A stretch of 32,000 nucleotides of DNA from Longivirga aurantiaca (GTDB lineage: Bacteria > Actinomycetota > Actinomycetes > S36-B12 > CAIYMF01). How positions within the stretch are numbered: the first letter of the stretch is position 1; every line of letters starts with the position of its first letter. Where the stretch lies: contig NZ_JBHSTI010000002.1 of assembly GCF_042660085.1 (NCBI RefSeq), positions 30,001 through 62,000 of the forward strand. Direction: 5' to 3'. Positions 18,842 to 27,842 of this stretch are shown here, one piece after another. The position numbers and the translations under genes were made by a program. The notes beneath the pieces were generated by a model that worked only from the letters and a program-made list of their open reading frames with translations, made no database searches and had not been told where the DNA came from.

Positions 18842-19143
18842 GTGGCGGTGCTGCGCGGGGCTCCGTACACGAGGGACTGGTAGTCGGGGTGCTTGCCGAT
18901 CCAGCCGGAGATGAACGGGCAGAGCGGCAGCACCTGGCGCTCGCCGGCGTCGCGGACGTCGTCGAGCGCGGCGCGCGCGAGGGCTGAGCCGATGCCCTGG
19001 CCCTCGAACGCCGGCAGCACCTCGGTGTGGGTGAAGACCACGAGGGCGTCGGTGAGCTGGTACTCCGCGAAGCCCGCGAGCACGCCGTCGACGCGCGCCT
19101 CGTAGCGCGCGGATCCGTCGTTGCGCGTGACCTCGACCGTCAT
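18835..19143 (-). CDS. Small GNAT-fold N-acetyltransferase (YjdJ-like)
   Basis: 102 aa. ...VFTHTEVLPAFEGQGIGSALARAAL...LPLCPFI... Confidence 0.8.
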   Translation of the reverse strand: MTVEVTRNDGSARYEARVDGVLAGFAEYQLTDALVVFTHTEVLPAFEGQGIGSALARAALDDVRDAGERQVLPLCPFISGWIGKHPDYQSLVYGAPRSTATD

Positions 19144-19209
19144 GACGTTCCTCCCCTGAGCGGGTGCGACGCCGGTGCAACCACGTCACCACCGCCCGTA
19201 TGCCCGGCG

Positions 19210-19815
19210 TCAGGCGCGGGGGAGGGTGCCGGGGGTGAGCAGCGCGGCAGTGGCCATGCGGGTGAGGAGTTCGGCCATCTCGGCGCGGTCGATGCGGGCG
19301 CTGTGCGGTGTGGAGTTGATGAGGCCGAACGTCGCGTGCGCTGCCGACCGGGCGTGCTGCTCGTCGGTGCCGGGCACGGCGTCGCGGATCGCGCCGACCC
19401 AGATCTCGACGTACGCCCGCTGCAGCCGGCGCACCTCGCGCTGGTCGTCCTCGCCGAGGCTCGCGATGTCGCGGTTGTAGACGGTGATGAGCGCGGGCTG
19501 GCTGAGCGCGAACTCCACGTGCGCCTCGATGAGCGAGGGCAGCAGGTCGGACGGCGAGGCTGCGGCCCGGCGCCGCTGCGACCCCTCGGTGAGCAGCGAG
19601 CGGCTGATCCCGAGCAGCATCTCGCCGAGCACGGCGTCCTTGCTGGGGAAGTGGCGGTAGAGCGCGGGGCCGCTGATGCCGACGGCCGCGCCGATGTCGT
19701 TGATCGAGACGCCGTTGAAGCCGCGGTGGGCGAAGAGCTCGGCTGCCGTGGCGAGGATCTGCTCGCGGCGCGTGCCGGGCACGGCCGCATCCGGGGCCAC
19801 GGGCGTCGTCGTCAC
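19210..19815 (-). CDS. TetR/AcrR family transcriptional regulator
   Basis: 201 aa. HTH region ILATAAELFAHRGFNGVSINDIGAAVGISGPALYRHFPSKDAVL. Confidence 0.9.
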   Translation of the reverse strand: MTTTPVAPDAAVPGTRREQILATAAELFAHRGFNGVSINDIGAAVGISGPALYRHFPSKDAVLGEMLLGISRSLLTEGSQRRRAAASPSDLLPSLIEAHVEFALSQPALITVYNRDIASLGEDDQREVRRLQRAYVEIWVGAIRDAVPGTDEQHARSAAHATFGLINSTPHSARIDRAEMAELLTRMATAALLTPGTLPRA

Positions 19816-19897
19816 GTCGGCCAGGATAGACAGGCGCTGTTAACGTCTGATCACCGCACACTCCACCGATGCCCAGACCGATGCCGAGGTCGCTCCT

Positions 19898-20830
19898 ATG
19901 CGTGAGCCGCAGGTCGTCCCTCTCGACGGTCTGCCCGCGCGCGTCACTGTCTACGAGGTGGGCCCGCGCGACGGGCTGCAGAACGAGAAGGCGATCGTGC
20001 CCGTCGAGGTGAAGGCGGAGTTCGTGCGCCGCCTGGTCGCCTCCGGTCTCACCGCGGTCGAGACCACGAGCTTCGTGCACCCGACCTGGGTGCCGCAGCT
20101 GGCCGACGCCGAGGCCCTGCTCGCTGCGCTGCCGGCGTACGACGGGGTGCGCATGCCGGTGCTCGTGCCGAACGAGCGCGGTCTCGTACGTGCCCTCGAC
20201 GCCGGCGTGCGCGAGATCGCGGTGTTCGGCAGCGCGACCGAGACGTTCGCGCGGCGCAACCTCAACCGCACGGTGGCCGAGCAGTACGAGATGTTCGCGC
20301 CCGTGGTGGCGGCGTACCGCGAGCGCGACCTGCCGGTGCGCGCGTACGTGTCGATGTGCTTCGGCGACCCGTGGGAGGGCGACGTCCCGGTGCCGCAGGT
20401 GGTCGAGGTCTGCGCGCGGATGATGGCGCTCGGCGCCACCGAGCTGAGCCTCGGCGACACCATCGGCGTCGCGAACCCGGGGCACACCCGCGCGCTGCTG
20501 ACGGCGCTCGCCGAGGCCGGAGTCGACCTCGGCGCGGTGTCGGTGCACTTCCACGACACGTACGGCCAGGCGCTCGCGAACACGCTTGAGGCGCTGCGCT
20601 GCGGCGTCACCTCGGTCGACTCCTCGGCCGGCGGCCTGGGCGGCTGCCCGTACGCCGAGAGCGCGACCGGCAACCTCGCCACCGAGGACCTCGTGTGGAT
20701 GCTGCACGGCCTCGGGATCGAGACCGGCGTCGACCTGCCGGCGCTGGTGGCGACCAGCGTCTGGATGGCGGAGCAGCTCGGCCGCCCGAGCCCCAGCCGC
20801 ACCGTCGCCGCCCTCGCCCCGCGCGGCTGA
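19898..20830 (+). CDS. Hydroxymethylglutaryl-CoA lyase
   Basis: 310 aa. [32 protein letters not shown]. Confidence 0.92.
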   Translation: MREPQVVPLDGLPARVTVYEVGPRDGLQNEKAIVPVEVKAEFVRRLVASGLTAVETTSFVHPTWVPQLADAEALLAALPAYDGVRMPVLVPNERGLVRALDAGVREIAVFGSATETFARRNLNRTVAEQYEMFAPVVAAYRERDLPVRAYVSMCFGDPWEGDVPVPQVVEVCARMMALGATELSLGDTIGVANPGHTRALLTALAEAGVDLGAVSVHFHDTYGQALANTLEALRCGVTSVDSSAGGLGGCPYAESATGNLATEDLVWMLHGLGIETGVDLPALVATSVWMAEQLGRPSPSRTVAALAPRG

Positions 20831-20873
20831 GCCACCTCCACGACGTACGGCGGGAGCGGCATCGGGCGGGCGA

Positions 20874-20879
20874 TAGGCT
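20874..20879 (+). promoter_or_regulatory. -10 box TAGGCT, 7 nt before GTG 20887 (leaderless purC)
   Basis: TAGGCT-ccgcgac-GTG. Confidence 0.4.
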
Positions 20880-20886
20880 CCGCGAC

Positions 20887-21780
<894 letters not shown>

Positions 21781-21857
21781 CCCCTCCCGCCGAGACCGAT
21801 CAACCCGTTGCTTCCGGTCCTGGTAAGCGACGGGATGATCAGTGTGAGCGCTCGGGG

Positions 21858-21945
21858 TTTCGATAGGGCGGTGGCCGACTTTCGGTGCGGCTGCTGGGTT
21901 CTTTCGATTCGTCGAGGGTGCGCTTTCGATCGGACGAGAGCTGGG
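21858..21945 (+). repeat. Four TTTCGRT motifs at an exact 22-bp period
   Basis: TTTCGAT at 21858, TTTCGGT at 21880, TTTCGAT at 21902 and TTTCGAT at 21924. The array sits in the purC-galE gap and ends about 30 nt upstream of the galE -10 box. Confidence 0.6.
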
Positions 21946-21976
21946 CCGACGTACTCCGCAGCCGCGGATCACGGCC

Positions 21977-21982
21977 TAGGGT
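21977..21982 (+). promoter_or_regulatory. -10 box TAGGGT, 6 nt before ATG 21989 (leaderless galE)
   Basis: TAGGGT-ggaccc-ATG. Confidence 0.45.
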
Positions 21983-21988
21983 GGACCC

Positions 21989-22993
21989 ATGACGTGGGTT
22001 GTGACAGGCGGCGCTGGGTACATCGGATCGCACGTGGTGCGGGCTTTCGCGGACGAGGGCATCGACACGATCGTGCTCGACGACATGAACAGCGGGCGCG
22101 CGTCGTTCGTGCCGTCCGGTGTGGAGATCGTCAACGGCTCGATCACCGACCCCGTGCTGATGGCGGGTGTCCTCGGCCGTGAGGGCATCGAGGGCGTGGT
22201 GCACGTGGCCGCGCTGAAGTACGCCGGTGTCAGCGTGCGCGAGCCGCTCGACTCCTTCCGCGTCAACGTCGAGGGCACGCGCGTGCTGCTGCAGGCCTGC
22301 CTCGACTCCGGTGTGCGCAACGTCGTGTTCTCGAGCAGCGCCGCGGTGTTCGGCACGCCCGACACCGACCTCGTCACCGAGGAGACCCCGAAGAACCCCG
22401 AGTCGCCGTACGGCGAGAGCAAGCTCATCGGCGAGTGGATGCTGCGCGACGTCGCGCGCGCCGCCGAGCTCAACGGCGAGCCGCCGTTCCGCCACACCAG
22501 CCTGCGCTACTTCAACGTCGTCGGGTCCGGCGTCCCCACGGTGTACGACGCCAGCCCGCACAACCTGTTCCCGATCCTGCTGGCTGCCGTCACCGAGGGC
22601 CGCACGCCGACCGTCTTCGGCGAGGACTACAACACCCCGGACGGCTCCTGCGTCCGCGACTACATCCACGTGAGCGACGTCGCCTCGGCCCACGTGGCCG
22701 CCGCCCGGGCGCTCGCCGCCGGTTCGCCCGTGTCGCCGGCGTACAACCTCGGGCGCGGCGAGGGCGTCAGCGTCAAGGAGATCATCGGCGCGGTGGCCGA
22801 CGTGATCGGCCGCCCGGTGCCGTACGACGTCGGCGCGCGCCGCCCCGGCGACCCCGACCGCATCGTGACCTCGGGCGCCAAGGCCGAGGCCGAGCTCGGC
22901 TGGCAGGCCACCCGCGACCTGCGCGAGATGGTCGCGAGCGCCTGGGAGGCCTGGAACCTGGCCGCCGCCGAGGGCACCGCCCGCCTCGGCTAG
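21989..22993 (+). CDS. galE: UDP-glucose 4-epimerase
   Basis: 334 aa. VTGGAGYIGSH, SPYGESK (YxxxK), and SDR extended-family length. Confidence 0.92.
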   Translation: MTWVVTGGAGYIGSHVVRAFADEGIDTIVLDDMNSGRASFVPSGVEIVNGSITDPVLMAGVLGREGIEGVVHVAALKYAGVSVREPLDSFRVNVEGTRVLLQACLDSGVRNVVFSSSAAVFGTPDTDLVTEETPKNPESPYGESKLIGEWMLRDVARAAELNGEPPFRHTSLRYFNVVGSGVPTVYDASPHNLFPILLAAVTEGRTPTVFGEDYNTPDGSCVRDYIHVSDVASAHVAAARALAAGSPVSPAYNLGRGEGVSVKEIIGAVADVIGRPVPYDVGARRPGDPDRIVTSGAKAEAELGWQATRDLREMVASAWEAWNLAAAEGTARLG

Positions 22994-23039
22994 TTGTACT
23001 GCCCGGGCAGGTTGGTGCAGGGCGACGCACGTGTGATGT

Positions 23040-23471
23040 GTGCTTGATCGGAGAAGGACCGCCTGGCGTAGCTACTGCGCGCGACAGGCGGAGGGTGCGC
23101 GGCCGGACATCGCGATCCTCGACGTCCGGCCCCCCGACCTCACGGCTTGAGAGGTCGTGCAGCGCACGGTGACCTCGTGCCCGGGAACGCGGATCGTCCT
23201 GCTTACGGCGCATGCGGACGGTGCCGCTGCCCATCTCGCTCCCACAGTGCGTGCAGCGTTCGCGGGTCGCCCTACTGATGCGCCGGAGTTCATGGGTAGC
23301 ACCCACGGCCCAGAGCCGACGACGACGTTGACACTGCGCCCGCGAGAGGTTCTTCGCCCTGTCGCCGCTGGCGAGACCAATCGCGAGATCGCGGCTGCCC
23401 GGGGGCTCACCACGATCACGATGAAGTCCTTCTGGCAGGAGGTGCTGCAGAAGCTCGGTGCCAGTGAGTGA
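23040..23471 (+). pseudogene. Decayed NarL/LuxR-type response regulator
   Basis: One frame reads ...RPDIAILDVRPPDLTA-TGA(23148)-EVVQRTV..GTRIVLLTAHADG...LTLRPREVLRPVAAGETNREIAAARGLTTITMKSFWQEVLQKLGASE*. This is a receiver-like segment with an in-frame stop and a truncated, degenerate LuxR HTH. The N-terminal receiver residues appear to lie in another frame (VCLIGEGPPGV). No histidine kinase is adjacent. Confidence 0.5.
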
Positions 23472-23642
23472 GCAGAAGCCCTCCGCGCCACCCAGCAGCA
23501 TGGCCTCCCTCCGCAGTGGAGCTGCGAGCCGCGGCCTTCGGCGCCCCCCGCACAGGGTAGGTGCGCGGCCTTCCCGGCCCGGATGGCTCCGCTCACCCGC
23601 GACCCTTCGCCGACCCGCGGGTCTGACGGATGTGACGGGATC

Positions 23643-23671
23643 TTGACCGCCGCGGGCTGCTCACCTATGGT
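23643..23671 (+). promoter_or_regulatory. Near-consensus sigma-70-type promoter TTGACC-N17-TATGGT for the monooxygenase operon
   Basis: -35 TTGACC at 23643-23648, a 17-nt spacer, then -10 TATGGT at 23666-23671. Lies about 65 nt upstream of ATG 23737, which has a GGAGAGG Shine-Dalgarno sequence. Confidence 0.5.
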
Positions 23672-23680
23672 TCTTCATAA

Positions 23681-23705
23681 CAGAAGTAGTTCTGCTAGAG
23701 AGAAC
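23681..23705. promoter_or_regulatory. Candidate operator X: CAGAAgtagTTCTGctagagAGAAC
   Basis: Overlapping palindromes CAGAA-N4-TTCTG and (TAG)TTCT-N7-AGAA(CTA) just downstream of the -10 box. Related sites occur at 27720, 30585 and 30763. Confidence 0.45.
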
Positions 23706-23736
23706 TATGGCGAGAGCGTCGCGGAGAGGCATACAG

Positions 23737-25674
23737 ATGAGGTTCTCGGTCTTCCTGACCTGGCACGAGCTCGATCCAGCCTCGAATGGCGAGACGAACT
23801 ACGCGGATCACCTGGCGCAGGCGAAGCTGGCGGACAGCCTCGGCTACGACGGCATCTCCATGCCCGAGCATCCGCTCGTCCACATCGTCAAGTCCCCGAA
23901 CGCACTCATCAACGCAGTCGGGATCGGGCAGCACGTCCGGTGCGACGTCGCGGTCCACGTCCTGGTCCTGCCGCTCCACCATCCCCTCCAGCTGGCTGGG
24001 GACGTCGCCGCTGCCGACCATGCGCTGGACGGAAGGCTCGTGCTCGGCGTGGGTCGAGGTGCCTACAGGTACGAGTTCGACCGGTTCGGCGTCGACTTCA
24101 ACTCCTCTCGCGGTCGCTTCCTCGAGTCGCTGAACATCCTGGAGAAGATCTGGGAGCACCCCGACGGCGCTGTCTCGTACGACGGTGAGTTCTGGTCCTT
24201 CGACGACACCTACGTGTGGCCGCGCCCCATCTCGGAGCCACGTCCACCGATCTGGATCGCCGGTCAGACCGCTGCCACGATCGAGTGGGCCGTCGACAAT
24301 GGCTACAACGTTCTGAACGCCCTGATGCGTCGGCAGGACGCGATCGCGGAGGACGTGGCGGGTACCTTCCACAACCGGCGCGAGATGAACGGGCTGTCCA
24401 GGGACGAGGTCCAGCTCGGCATCTCCAGGCCCACCTTCATCACCAAGGACCCGGACCGCATCCGGAGGCGGATCGAGGAGGCGGGAACGCTCCACCAGAT
24501 CCACACCCACATGCACAACTTCACCGAGAATGCCGATCCGCGCTCCTACGTGGCGCCTAAGCCCGTGCCCGACATGCCGACCGCCGAGGACATTCGCACG
24601 GGCATGCTCCTGGGTTCTGGCGAGCAGATCCTCGAGCGCATCGAGCGCTATCACGAGCTGGGGATCGATGAGATCCACCTGGGTATGGGCTTCGGAGCGC
24701 CTCAGGCGGAGATCCTTGATTCCATCCAGGAATTCGCCGAGGACGTGATGGCTCCCTACCGGCGCAACCACGGGATTCCGGGCCCGGCGCCGCTGAGCGC
24801 TGTTGCTCGCGAGTCAGGTCGGGCCATGTCCACAGCCTTGGCACGCGAGATCATCTCGCTGCGCGCGGCCGAGCGGGGCACGGAGGCTGTGGCGACTGTC
24901 CGTGAGCCGGAGGCGTCCTTCGTCACCTCGAAGGCCTGGTTCAAGCTCCGCCTGCACAGCCGTGGTTCCGGACCCGCTCTCATGATTGTCCCGGATACCG
25001 GCCAGCAGGCGCGCGACGTCGAGGAGCTGGCGTCGCTTCTCGCTCAGGACCACAGGGTCTACGTCCTGGAGAGGCGTGGCCGAGGAGACAGCGAGGACGA
25101 AGCCACGACGTACGGACTCACGCGCGAGGCTGAGACGGATCTCGTCCAGACTCTCAACGCCTTGACCGAACCTGTGACGGTCATCGGGTTGGGCTACGGC
25201 GGCGCCTTGGCACTGCGCGCGTCGACGCTCACGCAGACGCCGATGAAGGGTCTCATCTTGTGGGACGGCGGATTCGAGCTGGACTCCGAGGCGAAGGCGC
25301 GGGTCGTGGCCGGCACCGAGCGTGTCGAGGCTGCCGTCGCAACGGGGGATACGCGGCTGGCCTATGAGGGCTACGTGATCCACCGCTCGCCGACGGCCCT
25401 GAGCATGGGTTCGCCTGACGCCCGTACGTCACGCACCATCGGCAGGGAACTGAGGGAGCTCGCCCTCTACTCCCCGCTCGACACGCAGGTCGCCAGGCTC
25501 AGGATGCCCATCGTGAGCATCGAGCGCGACGCCTCGCTCGCGGATGAGCATCGACGGGTTCTTCCCGACGCTCGCTTCGAGGTCATGACGAGCGATCACG
25601 CGGACCTCACTGCCTGCATCTCTGAACTGGCCCACGTGGTGAAGGCTCCCGACCTGGTCGGAGGGAACCGGTGA
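23737..25674 (+). CDS. Luciferase-like (LLM class) flavin-dependent monooxygenase fused to a C-terminal alpha/beta-hydrolase-fold domain
   Basis: Starts at ATG 23737 (MRFSVFLTW...) with a GGAGAGG Shine-Dalgarno sequence; track ORF starts at 23707. The N-terminal ~340 aa are LLM-like (SLGYDGISMPEHP..., LVLGVGRGAY, PIWIAGQ...). The C-terminal ~240 aa are hydrolase-like (ALMIVPDTG...VLERRGRGDS...VTVIGLGYGGALAL...SDHAD). One uninterrupted frame. Confidence 0.85.
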   Translation: MRFSVFLTWHELDPASNGETNYADHLAQAKLADSLGYDGISMPEHPLVHIVKSPNALINAVGIGQHVRCDVAVHVLVLPLHHPLQLAGDVAAADHALDGRLVLGVGRGAYRYEFDRFGVDFNSSRGRFLESLNILEKIWEHPDGAVSYDGEFWSFDDTYVWPRPISEPRPPIWIAGQTAATIEWAVDNGYNVLNALMRRQDAIAEDVAGTFHNRREMNGLSRDEVQLGISRPTFITKDPDRIRRRIEEAGTLHQIHTHMHNFTENADPRSYVAPKPVPDMPTAEDIRTGMLLGSGEQILERIERYHELGIDEIHLGMGFGAPQAEILDSIQEFAEDVMAPYRRNHGIPGPAPLSAVARESGRAMSTALAREIISLRAAERGTEAVATVREPEASFVTSKAWFKLRLHSRGSGPALMIVPDTGQQARDVEELASLLAQDHRVYVLERRGRGDSEDEATTYGLTREAETDLVQTLNALTEPVTVIGLGYGGALALRASTLTQTPMKGLILWDGGFELDSEAKARVVAGTERVEAAVATGDTRLAYEGYVIHRSPTALSMGSPDARTSRTIGRELRELALYSPLDTQVARLRMPIVSIERDASLADEHRRVLPDARFEVMTSDHADLTACISELAHVVKAPDLVGGNR

Positions 25675-26216
25675 TGCCCCAGACCGCACAGGTGGCCGAC
25701 CTGGACGCGACGCGCCTCCGCGAGGTGTCCGCGGATGCGTACCGAGAAGTCATGGCCACCGTGCCCACGGCTATCTCGGTTCTAGCCGCTCGAACCCCTG
25801 AGGGGCGGCCAGTGGGCCTGCTGATTCAGGCAGTGGTGAGCTTGTCGGCCGACCCGCCACGGATCCTCGTCAGTGTCTCGGAGTCCTCCAGGACGCTGCC
25901 TCATCTGCTCCGCTGCGGCTTCTTCAGCGTCAACGTCCTGTCCCATGACGGGCTCGAGCTGTCCTCGCGCTTCGCCTCGAGGGCCGAGGACAAGTTCGCT
26001 GGTGTCGGCTGGGGGTCCAGCGGGCCGGGGCATGATGTGCCGATCCTCACCGATGGCGTGTCAGCCAGCATCGTGTGCGCCATCGAGGAGGTCCTGCCGC
26101 GTCATGATCATTCGATCATCATCGGGCAGGTCCTGGAGGCGCAGGGGTCGGAGAGAGAACCGCTCCTGTACCACGCCCGCGGGTTCCGTCAGTTGGCATC
26201 GCGCAGTAGCGGCTGA
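25671..26216 (+). CDS. Flavin reductase family protein (NAD(P)H:flavin oxidoreductase partner)
   Basis: 181 aa. FREVMATVPTAISVLAAR...PPRILVSV...HDHSIIIGQV. The start (GTG 25671 or ATG 25674) overlaps the upstream TGA at 25672-25674, suggesting translational coupling. Confidence 0.88.
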   Translation: MMPQTAQVADLDATRLREVSADAYREVMATVPTAISVLAARTPEGRPVGLLIQAVVSLSADPPRILVSVSESSRTLPHLLRCGFFSVNVLSHDGLELSSRFASRAEDKFAGVGWGSSGPGHDVPILTDGVSASIVCAIEEVLPRHDHSIIIGQVLEAQGSEREPLLYHARGFRQLASRSSG

Positions 26217-26241
26217 TCGGGCTCCGGCCGAGGCCCCGTGT

Positions 26242-27555
26242 TCACCCTGAGGGCGCCGCTGAGGCCCTTGCTGATTCCAGGGCCGTGCCGGCGGCAAACA
26301 GCGCACCTTCATGGAAGTAGTCGGCGACGAGCTGGATGCCCATGGGCAGGCCGCTCTCGTCGGATCCGAAGGGCACGGTCAATGCGGGGTGCCCAGTCAG
26401 GTTCCACGGTGAGCACAGGCGAACGTACCGATCGCGTATGCGACGGTCTGATGCCTTCTCAGTCATGAGCTCGAGCGTCGGGATCGCCGTGCTGGCCACA
26501 GTCGGCATGATGACGAAGTCGACGTTGGCCACAAGGGCGGAGAGCTCGGAGATGATCCTTCGACGTGACCTCTGCGCTCGCAGGTAGTCCACAGCAGAGA
26601 TAGAGGCACCCTCGGCGAGGTAGTCGCGCACGGCCTTTCCGGCCTGGTCGACGAGGGCCTGCTTGTCCTGGTGGGCGGCCGCGGCCTCGCTTGCGACGAT
26701 GATGAACCGAGTTGCGTCCACGCCCTCGAGAGCCACTTCGGGCAGGTCCACGAGTCGAGCTCCCCGATCCGCCAGGGCCTCGCCCGCCTGCCTCACCGCC
26801 TCGGCTATGGCAGGACTCACCCGTTCCGCGAACTGCCCCACGAGTATGGAGAAGCGCAGACCCTCGATCCCACGTGGGCTCGCGTAGCTCCTCGCGGCGA
26901 TCACTTCGAACACGCGTCGGACGTCGTCCACAGTCCGCCCGATGGGGCCCACGGTGTCCATGCTCCAGGCCAGTGCGTGCACACCCTCCGTAGGAACCAG
27001 TCCGTACGTTCCTTTCAGGCCGACCACGCCACACAGCGCCGACGGGATGCGAATGGAGCCCCCGGTGTCGGTTCCCAGTGCCACCGGGACGTCCCCCAGC
27101 GCCACCGTGGCGGCAGAACCGCCGCTCGATCCCCCTGCGATGCACCCGACGGCCCGTGGATTGGCAATCGTCCCGAAGTCGGGATTCTCGCCAGTCACCG
27201 CAAGGGCGAGCTGGTCGAGATTCGTGCGGCCCATGGTGATCGCTCCTGCCTGGCGCAGCCTGCGGACAACCAGGGCATCGCGGCGGGCGAGTGGTTGCCC
27301 GGCCCGAACCCCGGCCGTGGTGGGGTAGCCGGCCTCGTCAATGAGGTCCTTGATGGCGACCGGCACGCCGTGCAGCGGCCGCTCAGGATCTCCGTTCTCG
27401 GCAATGCGAACCTGCCGCTCGATGACAGCGTCGTCGATGCTGGTGTAGTGATTCGAGTCCCGGTGGTCGGCCATCCGCTGCCTGGAGGTTGCGACGACGT
27501 CTCCCACCGACATCCGCCCTTCCCGGATCCAGGCGGTGATGTCACTGATGGACAT
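26242..27555 (-). CDS. Amidase (amidase-signature family)
   Basis: 437 aa. VPVAIKD (catalytic Lys), GGSSGGSAA, GTDTGGSIRIPSALCGVVGLK. Confidence 0.92.
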   Translation of the reverse strand: MSISDITAWIREGRMSVGDVVATSRQRMADHRDSNHYTSIDDAVIERQVRIAENGDPERPLHGVPVAIKDLIDEAGYPTTAGVRAGQPLARRDALVVRRLRQAGAITMGRTNLDQLALAVTGENPDFGTIANPRAVGCIAGGSSGGSAATVALGDVPVALGTDTGGSIRIPSALCGVVGLKGTYGLVPTEGVHALAWSMDTVGPIGRTVDDVRRVFEVIAARSYASPRGIEGLRFSILVGQFAERVSPAIAEAVRQAGEALADRGARLVDLPEVALEGVDATRFIIVASEAAAAHQDKQALVDQAGKAVRDYLAEGASISAVDYLRAQRSRRRIISELSALVANVDFVIMPTVASTAIPTLELMTEKASDRRIRDRYVRLCSPWNLTGHPALTVPFGSDESGLPMGIQLVADYFHEGALFAAGTALESARASAAPSG

Positions 27556-27802
27556 CAGGGCTTCCCGTCCAGGGGCAGAAGCTGATGGCGGGTTCCTCGG
27601 GCACCGCGGCCCCGCGCAGGTCGCGGATGGCTCCTTGCGCGCTGCTGGCGTCCGGCCAAGCCCCGGCCACGTCGCCCTGATCGTCGGCCGTAGACCCGCT
27701 CACCACACCCCAACAGTAGCAGAAGCCGTTCTGGTAGGCGGAAACTGCGTTAGGCTGAAGCACGGACCAGGCGACGTGAGGAATCCCCCGAGTGGCACCC
27801 AT
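27542..27802 (-). CDS. Candidate small ORF (54-86 aa) overlapping the amidase start; possible AtzG/GatC-like partner subunit
   Basis: Track ORF whose stop overlaps the amidase ATG by 14 nt. In the last 55 codons, 44 end in G/C by my count. The C-terminus ...AVPEEPAISFCPW resembles the E.A..F.P end I recall for DUF4089/AtzG proteins. The start is uncertain (ATG 27802 or internal GTGs near 27706). Confidence 0.3.
   Translation of the reverse strand: MGATRGIPHVAWSVLQPNAVSAYQNGFCYCWGVVSGSTADDQGDVAGAWPDASSAQGAIRDLRGAAVPEEPAISFCPWTGSPDVHQ
27720..27745. promoter_or_regulatory. Candidate operator Y: CAGAAgccgTTCTGgtaggcgGAAAC
   Basis: Located in the divergent amidase/amidohydrolase gap. Matches operator X at 15 of 18 positions (CAGAAGnnGTTCTGnTAG). 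A TAGGCT -10-like hexamer follows at 27751-27756. Confidence 0.4.
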
Positions 27803-27842
27803 ACCCAGTGCATTTGCGATCTGCTCACGGGCAGTCTTCCCG

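Noticed and set aside
21808-22182. 124-aa plus-strand ORF covering the purC-galE gap and the galE 5' end
   Set aside because: It overlaps galE out of frame. The translation is Arg/Cys-rich and implausible. The gap is better explained by the phased TTTCGRT array and the galE promoter.
22999-23010. Perfect 12-bp palindrome CTGCCCGGGCAG right after the galE stop, considered as an att site or terminator; it shares TACTGCCCG with the 2630 hairpin
   Set aside because: It is too short to fold into a stable terminator. A shared 9-mer is within chance for a 32-kb GC-rich window. No matching second copy was found at the other side of the island within the window.
23695-24771. 358-aa minus-strand ORF inside the monooxygenase gene
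   Set aside because: It is antisense to a clear LLM-family coding frame and has no recognisable domain.
23737-26216. Direct identification of the LLM / hydrolase / flavin reductase genes as rutA-rutD-rutF
   Set aside because: Only the domain inventory is parallel. By eye, the LLM sequence resembles my recollection of E. coli RutA only at family level. RutB, RutC and RutE equivalents are absent, and the hydrolase domain lacks a nucleophile. I kept this as an analogy only.
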